Part shown: positions 1 through 10,241 of the stretch, piece after piece | Layout of the letters: every line of letters begins with the position of its first letter | Position numbering within the stretch: the first letter of the stretch is position 1 | Source of the DNA: Candidatus Bathyarchaeota archaeon | Lineage (GTDB): Archaea > Thermoproteota > Bathyarchaeia > Bathyarchaeales > Bathycorpusculaceae | DNA length: 64,000 nt | Reading direction: 5' to 3' | Assembly (NCBI GenBank): GCA_963782525.1 | Contig: CAWAKC010000009.1 | Span: forward strand, 1-64,000 | Notes under the pieces: model-generated | Database searches by the model: none | Told to the model about the DNA's origin: nothing | What the model saw: only the letters and a program-made list of their open reading frames with translations | Made by a program: the position numbers and the translations under genes

Positions 1-37
1 AAAGTCTTTATATTGATTCTTTGTAAGTTTATTTGAA

Positions 38-337
38 ATGAAGTCGCTGAAAGAAATAAAACGTGGATTGAAGGTTTTAAATCCAGTTCTTAAAGAGAAT
101 TTTTCAGTAAAAACTCTTGAGCTTTTCGGCTCTTATGTTAGAGGAGAACAAACTGAAAAAAGTGATTTGGATGTCTTAGTAACATTCTATGAGCCAAACA
201 ATGTTGATCTCTTCAAATTTATCGAACTTCGACTTTTTCTTAAAGATAACCTAGGTGTAGATGTTGATTTGATTGAAAAAGACGCTCTTAAGCCACGCTT
301 GAAAGGTCAGATACTTGAAGAGGCAATAAAGGTTTGA
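38..337 (+). CDS. mntA: Minimal nucleotidyltransferase (MNT) antitoxin
   Basis: FGSYVRGEQTEKSDLDVLV matches GSX10DXD; 99 aa; overlaps the downstream HEPN gene by 4 nt. Confidence 0.9.
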   Translation: MKSLKEIKRGLKVLNPVLKENFSVKTLELFGSYVRGEQTEKSDLDVLVTFYEPNNVDLFKFIELRLFLKDNLGVDVDLIEKDALKPRLKGQILEEAIKV

Positions 338-678
338 ACAAGGATTTCAAAGTATATTTAGATGATATGATAAATGCCATTGATGAAGCAGAAAAGTCCA
401 CCAAAAATGTTAGTTTTGAAGCTTTTGCAAGTAACTATGAAAAGATAAATTCTGTAGCATACAACGTTTTAATCATAGGCGAAGCCGTTGATAAAATTCC
501 ACAATCCGTGCAAGAAAATAATCCGCAAATTCCTTGGCGAATATTAAATGACATCAGAAACAAACACATTCACGAATACCACACGGTAAAACCTGATAAA
601 CTTTGGAAAATGGCAAAACTCAGTCTACCCAAGATAAAAACAATGCTTGAAGACCTCTTAAAAACAATTGAGAAATAA
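334..678 (+). CDS. hepT: HEPN/DUF86 ribonuclease toxin (HepT-like)
   Basis: IIGEAV...IPW...RNKHIHEY contains the RX4HXY motif; paired with MNT. Confidence 0.9.
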   Translation: MNKDFKVYLDDMINAIDEAEKSTKNVSFEAFASNYEKINSVAYNVLIIGEAVDKIPQSVQENNPQIPWRILNDIRNKHIHEYHTVKPDKLWKMAKLSLPKIKTMLEDLLKTIEK

Positions 679-761
679 CCCAACCTTAAGATCAACTAAG
701 ATTATTGTTGCCATCGAACAAGAAATTCATTTTGTTATTATTTCTACTAAAGGGCAGGGTT

Positions 762-825
762 AAGTTTAGGTGCTCGCCATCTCGGTTTTTTGGAGAATGT
801 TGACGGCACAACTACTTGCTAATTA
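762..825 (+). repeat. Dispersed ~57-bp dyad repeat Y, copy 1
   Basis: aagtttaggtgctcgcca-tctcggttttttggagaatgt-tgacggcacaactactt; arms GTGC(T)CGCCA and TGACGGCAC. Confidence 0.9.
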
Positions 826-953
826 TTTGCCTTTTTTGAGAAATGGCGAATATGAAAAGTTAAATCCTGTTAAGAAACAAACACTTCCCAAACTTGCATC
901 ACAAGGTTGGGGATTCGTTGGGTTTAATTCTGCCAGATGTAGTTAACCAGATT

Positions 954-1340
954 TTATTTTATCATTATTGCTTCTTTTAAGGGCTTGAAGTGAGGATCCC
1001 CCGTTAGAATTTTAGAATCAAGCCTTCTAGCAGTAGCCAAAACATAGGCATCTGCAAGCCCAAAATCTTTGGCTGTTTTACGCATTTCACAATGCAGTAA
1101 TCCTGCCTGCAATGAAAGTTCTTCATCGACAATAACTACTTGCGAATTCCCATGTAAAACATCATATGCGACCTTTGCATCTTTGCCCATCCGTGCAACT
1201 TTACTAACAACTTCTCCAAGAGTCACTGCACAGGTAAATATGTCATCGTTGTTTTCAAGAATCGCAGAGACCTTGTTTCCTGAATCGGTTCCATCCAAAT
1301 ATTCAATCCACGCATAAGCATCTATAATATACTTAGCCAT
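954..1340 (-). CDS. vapC: PIN-domain toxin VapC
   Basis: IIDAYAWIEY, GEV, GLADAYVLA, LTGDPHF PIN acidic motifs. Confidence 0.9.
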   Translation of the reverse strand: MAKYIIDAYAWIEYLDGTDSGNKVSAILENNDDIFTCAVTLGEVVSKVARMGKDAKVAYDVLHGNSQVVIVDEELSLQAGLLHCEMRKTAKDFGLADAYVLATARRLDSKILTGDPHFKPLKEAIMIK

Positions 1341-1542
1341 GCGTTGTCAACTCATCTTGGGCGGTGAAAGGACCTACTCCTTTGAGGACTCCAAAGCCAT
1401 CTTTACGCAGTTTCTTGATTTTAATTTCAATAATTTCGCCTTCCTTAATTCTGTTTGCCTCAACTAGCTCTTTAGGCAAGGTAACTACTAATGAACCGCC
1501 GACTTTCCTTGTTTTTGCTAAACATTCGGTCAAGTATACCAA
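1333..1542 (-). CDS. vapB: AbrB/MazE-type antitoxin
   Basis: RKVGGSLVVTLPKELV...IKEGEIIEI AbrB signature; overlaps vapC. Confidence 0.85.
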   Translation of the reverse strand: MVYLTECLAKTRKVGGSLVVTLPKELVEANRIKEGEIIEIKIKKLRKDGFGVLKGVGPFTAQDELTTHG

Positions 1543-1707
1543 CCATTACATATAATGATACATGTGTTATATTTGAATTATCTTTTTTTAGAACAAGGCA
1601 TTAAACCAGAACCAATTGGGATGTTGTTTCATAGAAAGATGGCCTGGAAGGTTTAATTAAAAGATTGTATACTTGTATATTTGTATATGTATAGAGGGGT
1701 AGATTTA

Positions 1708-1917
1708 ATGAATGATACGACAACCATTCGTGTTTCAAAAAAAACTGCTCAAGCACTTGAAAATCTAAGAGAGAAACTTGACGCTCAAAATCTCGACGAA
1801 ACAATCCAGTTACTGGTCAAAAAACAGCGAAAAGCTGCATTAACCAAAGGCTTTGGCACCGCAAAGAACCGTTTAAAACCATACACTGAGGCAGACCGCG
1901 GTGAAGATCGTAATTGA
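1708..1917 (+). CDS. vapB: RHH-type antitoxin (VapB-like)
   Basis: MNDTTTIRVSKKT..L..L...LDETIQLL; ATG at 1708 after GAGGGG; overlaps the PIN gene. Confidence 0.8.
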   Translation: MNDTTTIRVSKKTAQALENLREKLDAQNLDETIQLLVKKQRKAALTKGFGTAKNRLKPYTEADRGEDRN

Positions 1918-2308
1918 CACGTATGCATGGGTCGAGCTGCTGCTTGGAAGCGAAAAAGGCAAAAAAGTTAAGGAAATACTTGAAAACGCCGAAGAAGTCT
2001 ACACTCCAAGCATCGTGTTAGCTGAGAGCGCCCGAAAATTCCTAAGAGAAGGCAACAACGAAAGTACAGTCGCAGAATGGCTCGACATAATCAACGCGGC
2101 TTCAAACATAACCCAAATCGATCCCGCATTATCTCTGGAAACAGCAAAATGCCATGGTGAACTATCTGAAAGAGCAAAAAATTTCAAGCAAAATACGCCC
2201 AGCCTATTTGACGCAATTGTACTTGCAACAGCTAGAATAAATCAGTGCAAAGTCCTAACCGGAGACGAACACTTCAAAGACTTACCTGAAACCATATGGC
2301 TAAATTAG
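1901..2308 (+). CDS. vapC: PIN-domain toxin VapC
   Basis: VIDTYAWVE, VLAE, SLFDAIVLA, LTGDEHF. Confidence 0.9.
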   Translation: MKIVIDTYAWVELLLGSEKGKKVKEILENAEEVYTPSIVLAESARKFLREGNNESTVAEWLDIINAASNITQIDPALSLETAKCHGELSERAKNFKQNTPSLFDAIVLATARINQCKVLTGDEHFKDLPETIWLN

Positions 2309-2412
2309 AGATTTTTGAATAAACAGTCTCGTTTCTTGAGTAAGCTAGCTTTCGCAGCGAATCTGAGCTATTGTTTAGCGCGGATTGTGTTAAAAAGAAC
2401 AACACCCCTTTG

Positions 2413-2486
2413 ATGCGTAGTCAACTTTAGGTGCACGCCATCTCATATGGTTTGAGAATAATGACGGCACAACTACTTTCTAATTA
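2413..2486 (+). repeat. Repeat Y copy 2
   Basis: atgcgtagtcaactttaggtgcacgccatctcatatggtttgagaataatgacggcacaactactttctaatta. Confidence 0.9.
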
Positions 2487-2502
2487 CTTTTTATCTTATT
2501 GA

Positions 2503-2590
2503 ATTTTCTGCGTGTATTTGTGTTCTACTTGTAGATGGCGTTGACTATAATTACCCAAAGTTTATTAATACTTACGACTCGTGATATAAA
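2503..2590 (+). promoter_or_regulatory. Conserved promoter/upstream region of the TasA-like genes (BRE-TATA caaagTTTATTAA)
   Basis: About 85 bp colinear with 56224-56310 upstream of the paralog; TATA-like box about 45 bp before the ATG. Confidence 0.6.
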
Positions 2591-2605
2591 AACAGGGACC
2601 ACAAC

Positions 2606-3055
2606 ATGAAACTTAAAGGAACACCCAGCTTAGCCATAATCGCATTAGCAATAACTGCACTTGCACTAACACTAACAACAGCCGCAGTCCTAAGCAACAA
2701 CCAAACAGTTCCCCTAACAGGAACAATAAACGCAGTCAACTTAGGCGTGTACTCCGACAGTGGCTGCACCCAAGCCGCAACATCCCTAAACGCAGGAGCC
2801 CTCAACCCAGGCGGCACCGCAACACAAACAGTATACATCAAAAACACCGGCAACATACCAGAAACGCTAACCATGACAACAGGCAATTGGAGCCCGTCCA
2901 ACGCCAACACTTACCTAACTCTATCCTGGAACCGGCAAAACACAGTCCTAAACGCAGGAACATCAATACAAGCAACCCTAACACTAACAGCAGCATCAAA
3001 CACCGGCACCCTAACAACCTTCAGCTGCGACGTAACACTAACAGGCACCCAATAG
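2606..3055 (+). CDS. Secreted TasA/camelysin/archaeal bundling-pilin-like fibre subunit (putative)
   Basis: Hydrophobic signal ending LTLTTAAVLS; strand QTVPLTGTI; LNPGG..TVYIKNTGN motif; C-terminal LTGTQ; 2 Cys; close paralog at 56324-56773. Confidence 0.6.
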   Translation: MKLKGTPSLAIIALAITALALTLTTAAVLSNNQTVPLTGTINAVNLGVYSDSGCTQAATSLNAGALNPGGTATQTVYIKNTGNIPETLTMTTGNWSPSNANTYLTLSWNRQNTVLNAGTSIQATLTLTAASNTGTLTTFSCDVTLTGTQ

Positions 3056-3207
3056 ACAATTTACTTTCAGCACATCTGTTAGACCATTTTCTTTGGTCTT
3101 TATCCCGAATTTTTTTGGTCTTCAAGCCACTGCATGTTTAAAATGAGTACACTTTTTGTAAATAAGAAGGATTAGGATTTCAACATTCTTTATTTTAAGA
3201 AATAATT

Positions 3208-3280
3208 CGTAGTCAAACTTAGGTGCTCGCCTACCTCAGATTAATAAAGGCTGTTGACGGGACAACTGGTCGTATAATTA
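3208..3280 (+). repeat. Repeat Y copy 3
   Basis: cgtagtcaaacttaggtgctcgcctacctcagattaataaaggctgttgacgggacaact. Confidence 0.85.
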
Positions 3281-3404
3281 TTTTAAAAATTTTAAGAAAA
3301 TTTCAATTTGTGTTTGCGTTGGAGCAAGAGGCTGGGCGTTTCACCCAGCGTTTTTGGCTCTGCAAGCCAGTGTCTTTCTCGACCACCCTTGCATTAAAGT
3401 GGGT

Positions 3405-3488
3405 TGGAAGCCTTCTCCTTTTCTCAATCTTCCTTTCTCCTTAAACAAAGCAAACCGCAAAAAAGCATATAAGACGTATTTCCAAAAC
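3405..3488 (-). promoter_or_regulatory. Orphan promoter/5' stub, similar to 10242-10320 and to the upstream of the wHTH gene at 53209
   Basis: ccttaaacaaagcaaaccgcaaaaaagcatataagacgtatttc vs ccttaaacaagcaacctcgaaaaacgcatataagtaatatttc; CTTATATG TATA-like box on the minus strand. Confidence 0.55.
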
Positions 3489-3569
3489 CGTAACATACCA
3501 AAAATGGTAAAGCAAAAAAGAGGCAAAAATACAAGAATTTTGGGCCTTTCTTCAACAACTCCGGTGTTA

Positions 3570-3627
3570 GGTTTAGGTGCTCGCCAAACCCAGACTAGTG
3601 AAGAATGCTGACGGCACAACTACATTT
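3570..3627 (+). repeat. Repeat Y copy 4 (contains the exosortase stop codon)
   Basis: ggtttaggtgctcgccaaacccagactagtgaagaatgctgacggcacaactac; exosortase TAG at 3620-3622 lies in the right arm. Confidence 0.9.
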
Positions 3628-5746
3628 GAACTATTTTTACAATTTTTTTTATAAAATTAGAAAAGAAAAAGAGTTTATTGTTGTTTGGTGTGCGACTTTT
3701 CCATGCTATGGAGGGGTGGTCTTCTTTGTTTACTACCGCCTGCTCTACTAATCCAGCTACTTGGGCTTCTGAGAGTTTTTGGCTAAGCCATAGAGGGTCA
3801 GCTGATTGGTTGGTTAGTTTTTGCAGTTGGTCTGCGATGGCGTGGGTTGTTGGAGTGTGGTTGTTTTGGGCGTTTTTGACTGCTTTGTTTATTAGTTGGT
3901 CTTGTTTTGGAAGTTTTCCGTAGAGGTTTAGAAGACCAAGTTTCTCTTCTCTATCCAAATAAAAGGAGTAGAGTATGAGTAAAAAAAGAATTGCAGTGGC
4001 GCCAGCTGAGAGGGCTAAACCGTTTTGGCTGATGCTTAATGCGATGGTGCTCCAAGTGTGTATGGGTTGCCAATAGTTGTTGATGGCTTGAGCAATGGGC
4101 AGTTGTTGGTTTTCAGCTTCAGCTACCCCTTTGGAAGGCGATGCATACATAATAAGGCTAATCATGACGCTTTTTGTTTGGGCTGTGCCGTTTGTGTTGA
4201 AGGTGGCTGTTTGATACCAGTAGAGGGTAACTTGGGTTTGGTTTGTGTCTTTGTATTGGAAGGCAAAGTACCGTGCAGTTATCGGCGGGTTATCTTGCAG
4301 TTGGATGTCTCGAAGGTCAAGTTGATTCACCCTCGCCTGGTCGCCTTGGCTAAGGGGCCAATTAACGAGGCAGGTTTCCCATCGGTGCTCCCCTGATGAG
4401 GTAGCGGCAATTTGAACGCTTACCCAAACAACAGAATTTGTATTGTTAATTGAGTTGTAGGAGTAGACGAGATCTGCGTCGTTGCCAGATATTTTCTCAA
4501 AGGAGGTGTCCCTATAGGAGTAGCTTAGTTGGTAACCTGCGATGTTGGGTAAGAGGGAATTTGATATATCAACTTCCATGCCTGAAGGAGTTTGAACTAA
4601 GACTTGTGCTGGACCTTTCGTTAATGCAAACACAGGTGCTTGAATAGATAAGATCATAACTATGATTATGGCGATGCCGGCGATTTTTGCGATGTCTACT
4701 TTGTTGATTTTTGTTTTAGGGAATTTGAAGAGTTTTCCGCAGTTGGGGCAGAATGGTTCGGTTGGTTTTGCTGTGGGTGGTTTGCATGTTGGGCAGGGTT
4801 GGGGGGGTTTGGGTTTTTTGAAGGCTTTATCGGTTATAGCCAGCAACAGCAATGTGCCTATGAACATAAGGACTGTAGCGCCTATGGTGTGGAAAATTTG
4901 GAGGGCTAAGTCTTCGCCAAAGTTGTAGCCTATTGCAAGAATCGTTGTTATGCGGAGTATATTTAGGGCAACAATTAACGGGATCCCCATTATGAGGATT
5001 GCAAATTTGTTTCGCAGCATCCCACGTGTAATGTATGCTATGAATAATGCGAATATGAGGAAGCCTATGAGGCTGTAAACGCCTGAGCAAGCCACGTCCA
5101 CCCCAAAGGGTAAGGTTGTGTGGTTTGGCTTGAGGAGCGTTATTACTGGACCTATATTGCTTGTTGAGAGCGTTGCATGTAGTCCAATCACATTTGCAAG
5201 GCTGTTTGATGCTAATGCGCTTAGGTTTGCGAGTGCTGAGCCGACGCCGAAGAGAATTTCTGAGGGGGGTGGAGTGAGGAAGATTAGGAACGCTAAGGGG
5301 AAAAGGAGTTGTTTTAGTGTTTGAGTGTTGAATAGTATGAGAATAAGTCCTGCTGTTAGAAAAGGCAGGGTAAGCATATGATATTCAAGAGGGGTAAAAG
5401 TGTAGCTGCCATACCAATATGTGAGTACGGCAACTGCACACAAGGACATACCCGCTAGTGTGCTGAAGTATTTTTGGAACCCGCGCGCCCCAACATGAGA
5501 AGACTGAAGGGAAGCGTTAATCATTTTGCGTTTTCGGAAAACTAGGTAACCGAAAAGGAATGGTATAGCGAGTATATGAAATGTTGATTCGTCGGTTAAA
5601 GCCCCTTTAAAAACTATGCTTAAGTCTTGAAAGTACAATGTAACTGCAGCTATGGTTATAACGGAGAATTTTAGTGCAATCGCTAAACTATTCTGGTTTA
5701 GCATTGAAGCCATCTTTACGGTGTTGGGGATTTTTAGTTTCTGCAT
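3620..5746 (-). CDS. Exosortase/archaeosortase (EpsH-type) fused to a Zn-ribbon, an EpsI-like domain and a C-terminal wHTH-like domain
   Basis: Multi-TM; catalytic triad VDVACSG / LNILRI / IFH; CPTC..CPNCG; EpsI-like HRWETC and TLYWY. Confidence 0.85.
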   Translation of the reverse strand: MQKLKIPNTVKMASMLNQNSLAIALKFSVITIAAVTLYFQDLSIVFKGALTDESTFHILAIPFLFGYLVFRKRKMINASLQSSHVGARGFQKYFSTLAGMSLCAVAVLTYWYGSYTFTPLEYHMLTLPFLTAGLILILFNTQTLKQLLFPLAFLIFLTPPPSEILFGVGSALANLSALASNSLANVIGLHATLSTSNIGPVITLLKPNHTTLPFGVDVACSGVYSLIGFLIFALFIAYITRGMLRNKFAILIMGIPLIVALNILRITTILAIGYNFGEDLALQIFHTIGATVLMFIGTLLLLAITDKAFKKPKPPQPCPTCKPPTAKPTEPFCPNCGKLFKFPKTKINKVDIAKIAGIAIIIVMILSIQAPVFALTKGPAQVLVQTPSGMEVDISNSLLPNIAGYQLSYSYRDTSFEKISGNDADLVYSYNSINNTNSVVWVSVQIAATSSGEHRWETCLVNWPLSQGDQARVNQLDLRDIQLQDNPPITARYFAFQYKDTNQTQVTLYWYQTATFNTNGTAQTKSVMISLIMYASPSKGVAEAENQQLPIAQAINNYWQPIHTWSTIALSISQNGLALSAGATAILFLLILYSFYLDREEKLGLLNLYGKLPKQDQLINKAVKNAQNNHTPTTHAIADQLQKLTNQSADPLWLSQKLSEAQVAGLVEQAVVNKEDHPSIAWKSRTPNNNKLFFFSNFIKKIVKIVQM

Positions 5747-5889
5747 GAAGAATGCTCGTGTGCTTCCTCTTTCTATTTGGAGATTTTGGTTTATGTTTGG
5801 AGTAGGTGAATAGTTAGTCGAAGTTGTTAAGGAATTTAAAAAAATGAGAGAGGATGGTTCCTCTTTTGGTGGCGTGAAGTCCTCTGTTT

Positions 5890-6747
5890 TTAGAGGGGTT
5901 TATTCAGGCGTAGGAGGCTTTTGCGTTTGTAGAATAGCAGTGCTGCGAAACTTGTGCCTAGGGCTGCTAGAGCGCCAAGGGTGTATTCTGGAAGTACGTT
6001 CGTAGGTAGCTGACCGTTTTGGTTATTGATGGTGTTGGTGTCTAATGTTACTGCGGCATTTAGCGCTATCAATCTGCCATCCACGGTAACGCCTGTTGTT
6101 GCCGTGATCGATGCTACTGCCAGGATGGTTCCTGCGAAAGTTGTGCTTGTTCCAAGTGTTGCTGAACTGCCAACTGCCCAAACTACGTTGCAAGGTTGGA
6201 GACCGTTGATGTAGAGTACCTTGCTACTTGATGCTGTAGTGAGTGTGCTTCCTATCTGGAAGAAAAAGAATGCGTTAGGGTCGCCTTGTGCGTCGAGGGT
6301 GAGGGTTCCTGTTAATTGAGCTGAAGATGAGAAGAAGTAGACGCCTGGCGTAAGAGTTTTCCCACCAAGATCTTGACCAGTTAAGTCCGTGGTAGTTGGC
6401 TGTGCGACAGCAAAGTTATAGGCGGTTAAGGCATCAGTTTCAGCGTTAGCCGGCACTGCACCAGCTGAGTAAATCGTTGATGGAGAATTCACTATTCCAG
6501 GAGGGAAGCCCGTAATCGAAGTACCCGGCGAAACACCCACATCTCCTGTAATAACGGTAGAACCGGTATTGGTTACTGTCGTGGCAGCTAAAACTGAGAA
6601 AGAGGCAGCCGTTCCTAGAGTATAGGTAGATGCTGAGACTCCTTGAACGGTGAAGGCACATGCTGCAGCCAGTAGAAGACCTATGATAAAAAGTGCGCTA
6701 ATATTTTTTTTCCCGTTTGTTTTTTTAAAAATAGTTTGTTTTGTCAT
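5890..6747 (-). CDS. Ice-binding-like (DUF3494) secreted protein with a PE(Y/F)-CTERM sorting tail
   Basis: LGTAASFSVLA..TVTNTG..GDVGVSPG, LTPGVY, FFFQIGSTLTTA, VVWAVGSSATLG, FAGTILA; tail VLPEY + TM + KRK. Confidence 0.9.
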   Translation of the reverse strand: MTKQTIFKKTNGKKNISALFIIGLLLAAACAFTVQGVSASTYTLGTAASFSVLAATTVTNTGSTVITGDVGVSPGTSITGFPPGIVNSPSTIYSAGAVPANAETDALTAYNFAVAQPTTTDLTGQDLGGKTLTPGVYFFSSSAQLTGTLTLDAQGDPNAFFFFQIGSTLTTASSSKVLYINGLQPCNVVWAVGSSATLGTSTTFAGTILAVASITATTGVTVDGRLIALNAAVTLDTNTINNQNGQLPTNVLPEYTLGALAALGTSFAALLFYKRKSLLRLNKPL

Positions 6748-6917
6748 TCAAATCTTGTTCTCCTAAGATCAAATTTTAATACTACTTAATGTATAGCGAC
6801 GCTCAGCTTATAAGATTAGAAGTACCAAAAGTAGGGCTCTAAAGTACTCCTCAAGAGCCACAGCTCAAAAAACACTCATTAGGCAGCGCAAGTTTTTTAG
6901 AAAAACCAATTGAGGGC

Positions 6918-7229
6918 TCAGTATTCCTCGATAGAAGCAAGATCCTGAGACTTTCTAAGAGCAGCTAAAAAAATTCTTCCCCGCTCAGAAATCACATACG
7001 AGGAGCCCCCGCTATTATCGTCCGCTTTCACTATGAAACCCTTCCTCAAAGAATCATTAAAGTACCTGTTAAAACAATAAAAATTCAAATTAGCCTTATA
7101 AATAATTCTCGTCTTTTTCTGAGGAACCAAGGTTGCCTCTAAAATAGAGGCAGTAATAGTATCCCAACCACGTTTTCGCACCGTACTCTTCACCTTCACG
7201 CTGAATCTTTGGAAAACACTCTTAAGCAT
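6918..7229 (-). CDS. Archaeal winged-HTH regulator (HTH_45 type)
   Basis: KRGWDTITASILE..KKTRIIYKANLN..Y....L.KGFI...YVISERGR. Confidence 0.8.
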   Translation of the reverse strand: MLKSVFQRFSVKVKSTVRKRGWDTITASILEATLVPQKKTRIIYKANLNFYCFNRYFNDSLRKGFIVKADDNSGGSSYVISERGRIFLAALRKSQDLASIEEY

Positions 7230-7545
7230 CTTAATTGTGGGAGGAGAACAAATAAGAAACTATCTAAATGAGAAATCTTGCGTTATCATAAGCCGTGGCT
7301 AACTCTTCAAAATGATATCCCTAACCGAAAAATAGACATCACCTAGCACCACTCGAATCCGCGTCTAGATGATTATTAATAATATTGAAAAAAATTTTGC
7401 TTATCCGCTCTATTTTAGAGAGTGCGGGTTTGTGCTCAGTATTCTAAATTCATAACTGATTTAATGCCATTCATTAACTGTTTACGATTGGGTATAGCGA
7501 ATTCAAAACCTCAATCAGAATAAGATAGTTATAGAAGTACCTGAG

Positions 7546-9867
7546 CTGGCACCTTCAAACGAAAAGAATGTCATTCGAGTTTTACTTGTTGATGATGACC
7601 CCTCGATTCTAGAGATTTCAAAACAAATTCTAACCGATATGAGAGGGGATTTCGACATTGAAAATGCCTATTGTGTTGATGAAGCCTTCAAGAAACTATC
7701 AACTGGAAAATATGATGTGGTCATTTCTGATTATGAAATGCCCCAAAAAGATGGTCTCCAATTCCTATTGGAGTTGCGTAAGCAGAACAACGAAATTCCA
7801 TTTATTTTGTTCACTGGGAAAGGCAGAGAGGAAATAGCTATACAAGCGTTGAATCTTGGTGCAGATAGATACTTCAACAAACAAGGCAACCCCGAAACAG
7901 TTTATGGAGAATTAGTGTATGGAATTGTACAGTTAGTAAGTCAAAACAGACTTAGTGAGAAACTATCCTTAGAAGAAGAACGGTTTAGACAATTATTCTC
8001 CAATACGCCTATGGCAGTAATAATCTACGAGGCAATTGATGAGGGAGAAGATTTTGTTTTCAAAGATATCAATTCTGCCGCTGAGAAAATTGAGAAAATT
8101 GAAAAAGCTTCAGTTTTAGGAAAGCGCGTGACAAAAGTTTTTCCAGGACTTGAAAATTTTGGCATTTTGGAAGTTTTTAAAAGAGTAATTAAAACTGGGA
8201 AGACAGAGTAATTTCCAGATAAACTATACCAAGATAATCGAGATATTGGTTCATGGCGTGAAAACTGGGTAATTAAGCTGTCTAACAATAACATCGCAGC
8301 CATATTCAATGACATCACTGAACGCAAAAAAGCTGAAGCAGAGTTGAGGAGGACATTTGAGGTTCTTGAAAGAGTAGGGGAAGGCATTGATGCGGGTTTA
8401 GCTGTAATCGGCAAAGATTACCGTGTGGTTTGGGCTAATAAACGGCTGATGAATTTGGGTGTTGCGCCTAACAGGAAATGTTATCAGACATTCAACCATT
8501 CAAAGAAGACTTGTCCTGATTGCGGCGTAAAAAAAATCTTTGAACAGAATGCATCTCTTGATGTCCATGAATACAAAACGGTTAACTCTAAAGGTGAAAC
8601 AGTCTGGCTTGAATTAAGAGTGTCTCCTTTCAAAGATACATATGGGAAAGTGACAGCCGCATTAGAACTTGCAGTTCCGGTAACTGAGCGTAAGAAAGCC
8701 GAGGAAGCCTTAAAGGAAAGCGAGAAGAAGTCAAGAGCAATAGTTGCCTACGCTCCTATTGGGATTGCTACTTCAGGTCCTGATAAACACTTCTTGAGCG
8801 CAAATGAAGCCTTCTGCAAAATACTTGGATATACAGAAGACGAATTACGAAAGCTAACTTTCAAGGACATAACCACTTCACAAGACCTCAAAGAAAGTGC
8901 CATAAAAATGTGTGAATTGGAAAATGGGACAATAGTTTCTTTTACGCTTGAGAAACGGTATGTCAAAAAAGACGGAACCCTAATAGATGGAAAAATCATG
9001 GTTAGTGCGGTGCGAAACCAAAATGGGGAACCTATTCTTTTCATTGCTGAACTCGAAGACATAACTGAACGCAAGAAGGCTGAAGAGCGCCAAAAGGTTT
9101 TGGAATCAAAAGTAAACAACTATTCGAAACACTTGAAGAACATGGTTGATTTGAGAACTGTCCAGTTGAAGGATGCTAATGAGCGGCTAGTTAGGGCTGA
9201 ACGATTAGCCGCTATAGGTGAGTTAGCGAGTATGGTTGGGCATGACTTGCGTAATCCGTTGGCAGGCATTAAGAATGCGACTTACTTCTTGAAAAAGAAA
9301 GGAAAATCAATTTCTGAAGCTCAGGCTAAAGAAACGCTTGAAATCATCGATAAAGCCATTGACCACTCAGATAAAATCATCAACGACCTGCTAGACTACT
9401 CAAGAGAGATGCGTCTGGAACTCACAAAATACAAAGCACACACTCTTGTAAAGGATGCTTTAGGGATGATTCAAATTCCAGATCGAATACAAATTGTAAA
9501 TCACGTTCAGGAAGACGCTTGGATTTGGGTTAACCCTGACAAGATGATGCGAGTTTTCATAAACCTCATTAAGAATGCAGTAGACGCCATTCCTGAGAAG
9601 GGAACAGTCGAAATCAGCAGTTGCCAAGCAGGAGACATGGTGAAGGTTGTTTTCTCTGACACAGGCACAGGCATACCTGAAGAGATTGTGCATAAGATTT
9701 TCACGCCGCTGTTCACCACCAAGGCACAGGGGATGGGCTTTGGTTTAGCTATATGTAAACGTATCATAGAGGCACATGGAGGCACTATAACGGTGAAAAC
9801 AGAAGTAAACAAGGGAACCACATTCACAATTACTTTGCCCAGTAAACCTAAAGAGCCACCTAGCTAA
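7546..9867 (+). pseudogene. Hybrid REC-PAS-PAS-PAS-histidine kinase with one in-frame TAA at 8209-8211
   Basis: REC motifs VLLVDDD / SDYEMP / FTGK begin upstream of ATG 7639; frame continues through the stop into 8344-9867; H-box HDLRNPL, N-box NLIKNA, DTGTG, GMGFGLAIC; start uncertain (CTG 7546). Confidence 0.8.
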
Positions 9868-9929
9868 AGACACTTTGTTGTCTGATAGAACGTTTTTCTT
9901 TCGCTCTTTTTTGTATTGTTGATGGAAAA

Positions 9930-9946
9930 TTGCGAGCACCTTAGTT
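9930..9946 (-). repeat. Left half of repeat Y in reverse orientation
   Basis: Minus strand reads aactaaggtgctcgcaa; right arm absent. Confidence 0.4.
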
Positions 9947-10241
9947 CTTGACGACAAGATTCGAGAAGAATCACAGACTACTATTCAAATTTGAATATCA
10001 CTTTAAAAGTAGATACCAGAATTAGGCTGTAACTGAAAAAACCGTACAAACCCCAATTAGTCCTAACCACATTTTAACTGGATGCATTTTCTTCCAAACG
10101 CCCATCAAATAAACCTATATGTTTTCAGTAAAAGGCAAGTGCAAACTCCCGGAATATGTCAAGAATGATGGCATGTGCACTTGGAGCGCAGAAATTTGCT
10201 AAATTTGTTGAGTATCAAACGGTTAAAGGCTCAATAATAAA

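Noticed and set aside
762-817. Repeat Y as a canonical attC or a tRNA-derived att site
   Set aside because: The R-box-like words are in reverse order, the inner pairing is not conserved, there is no T-loop or CCA end, and no intI is visible.
10119-10202. 27-aa Cys peptide MFSVKGKCKLPEYVKNDGMCTWSAEIC
   Set aside because: Too short, with no RBS or paralog; it cannot be told from chance.
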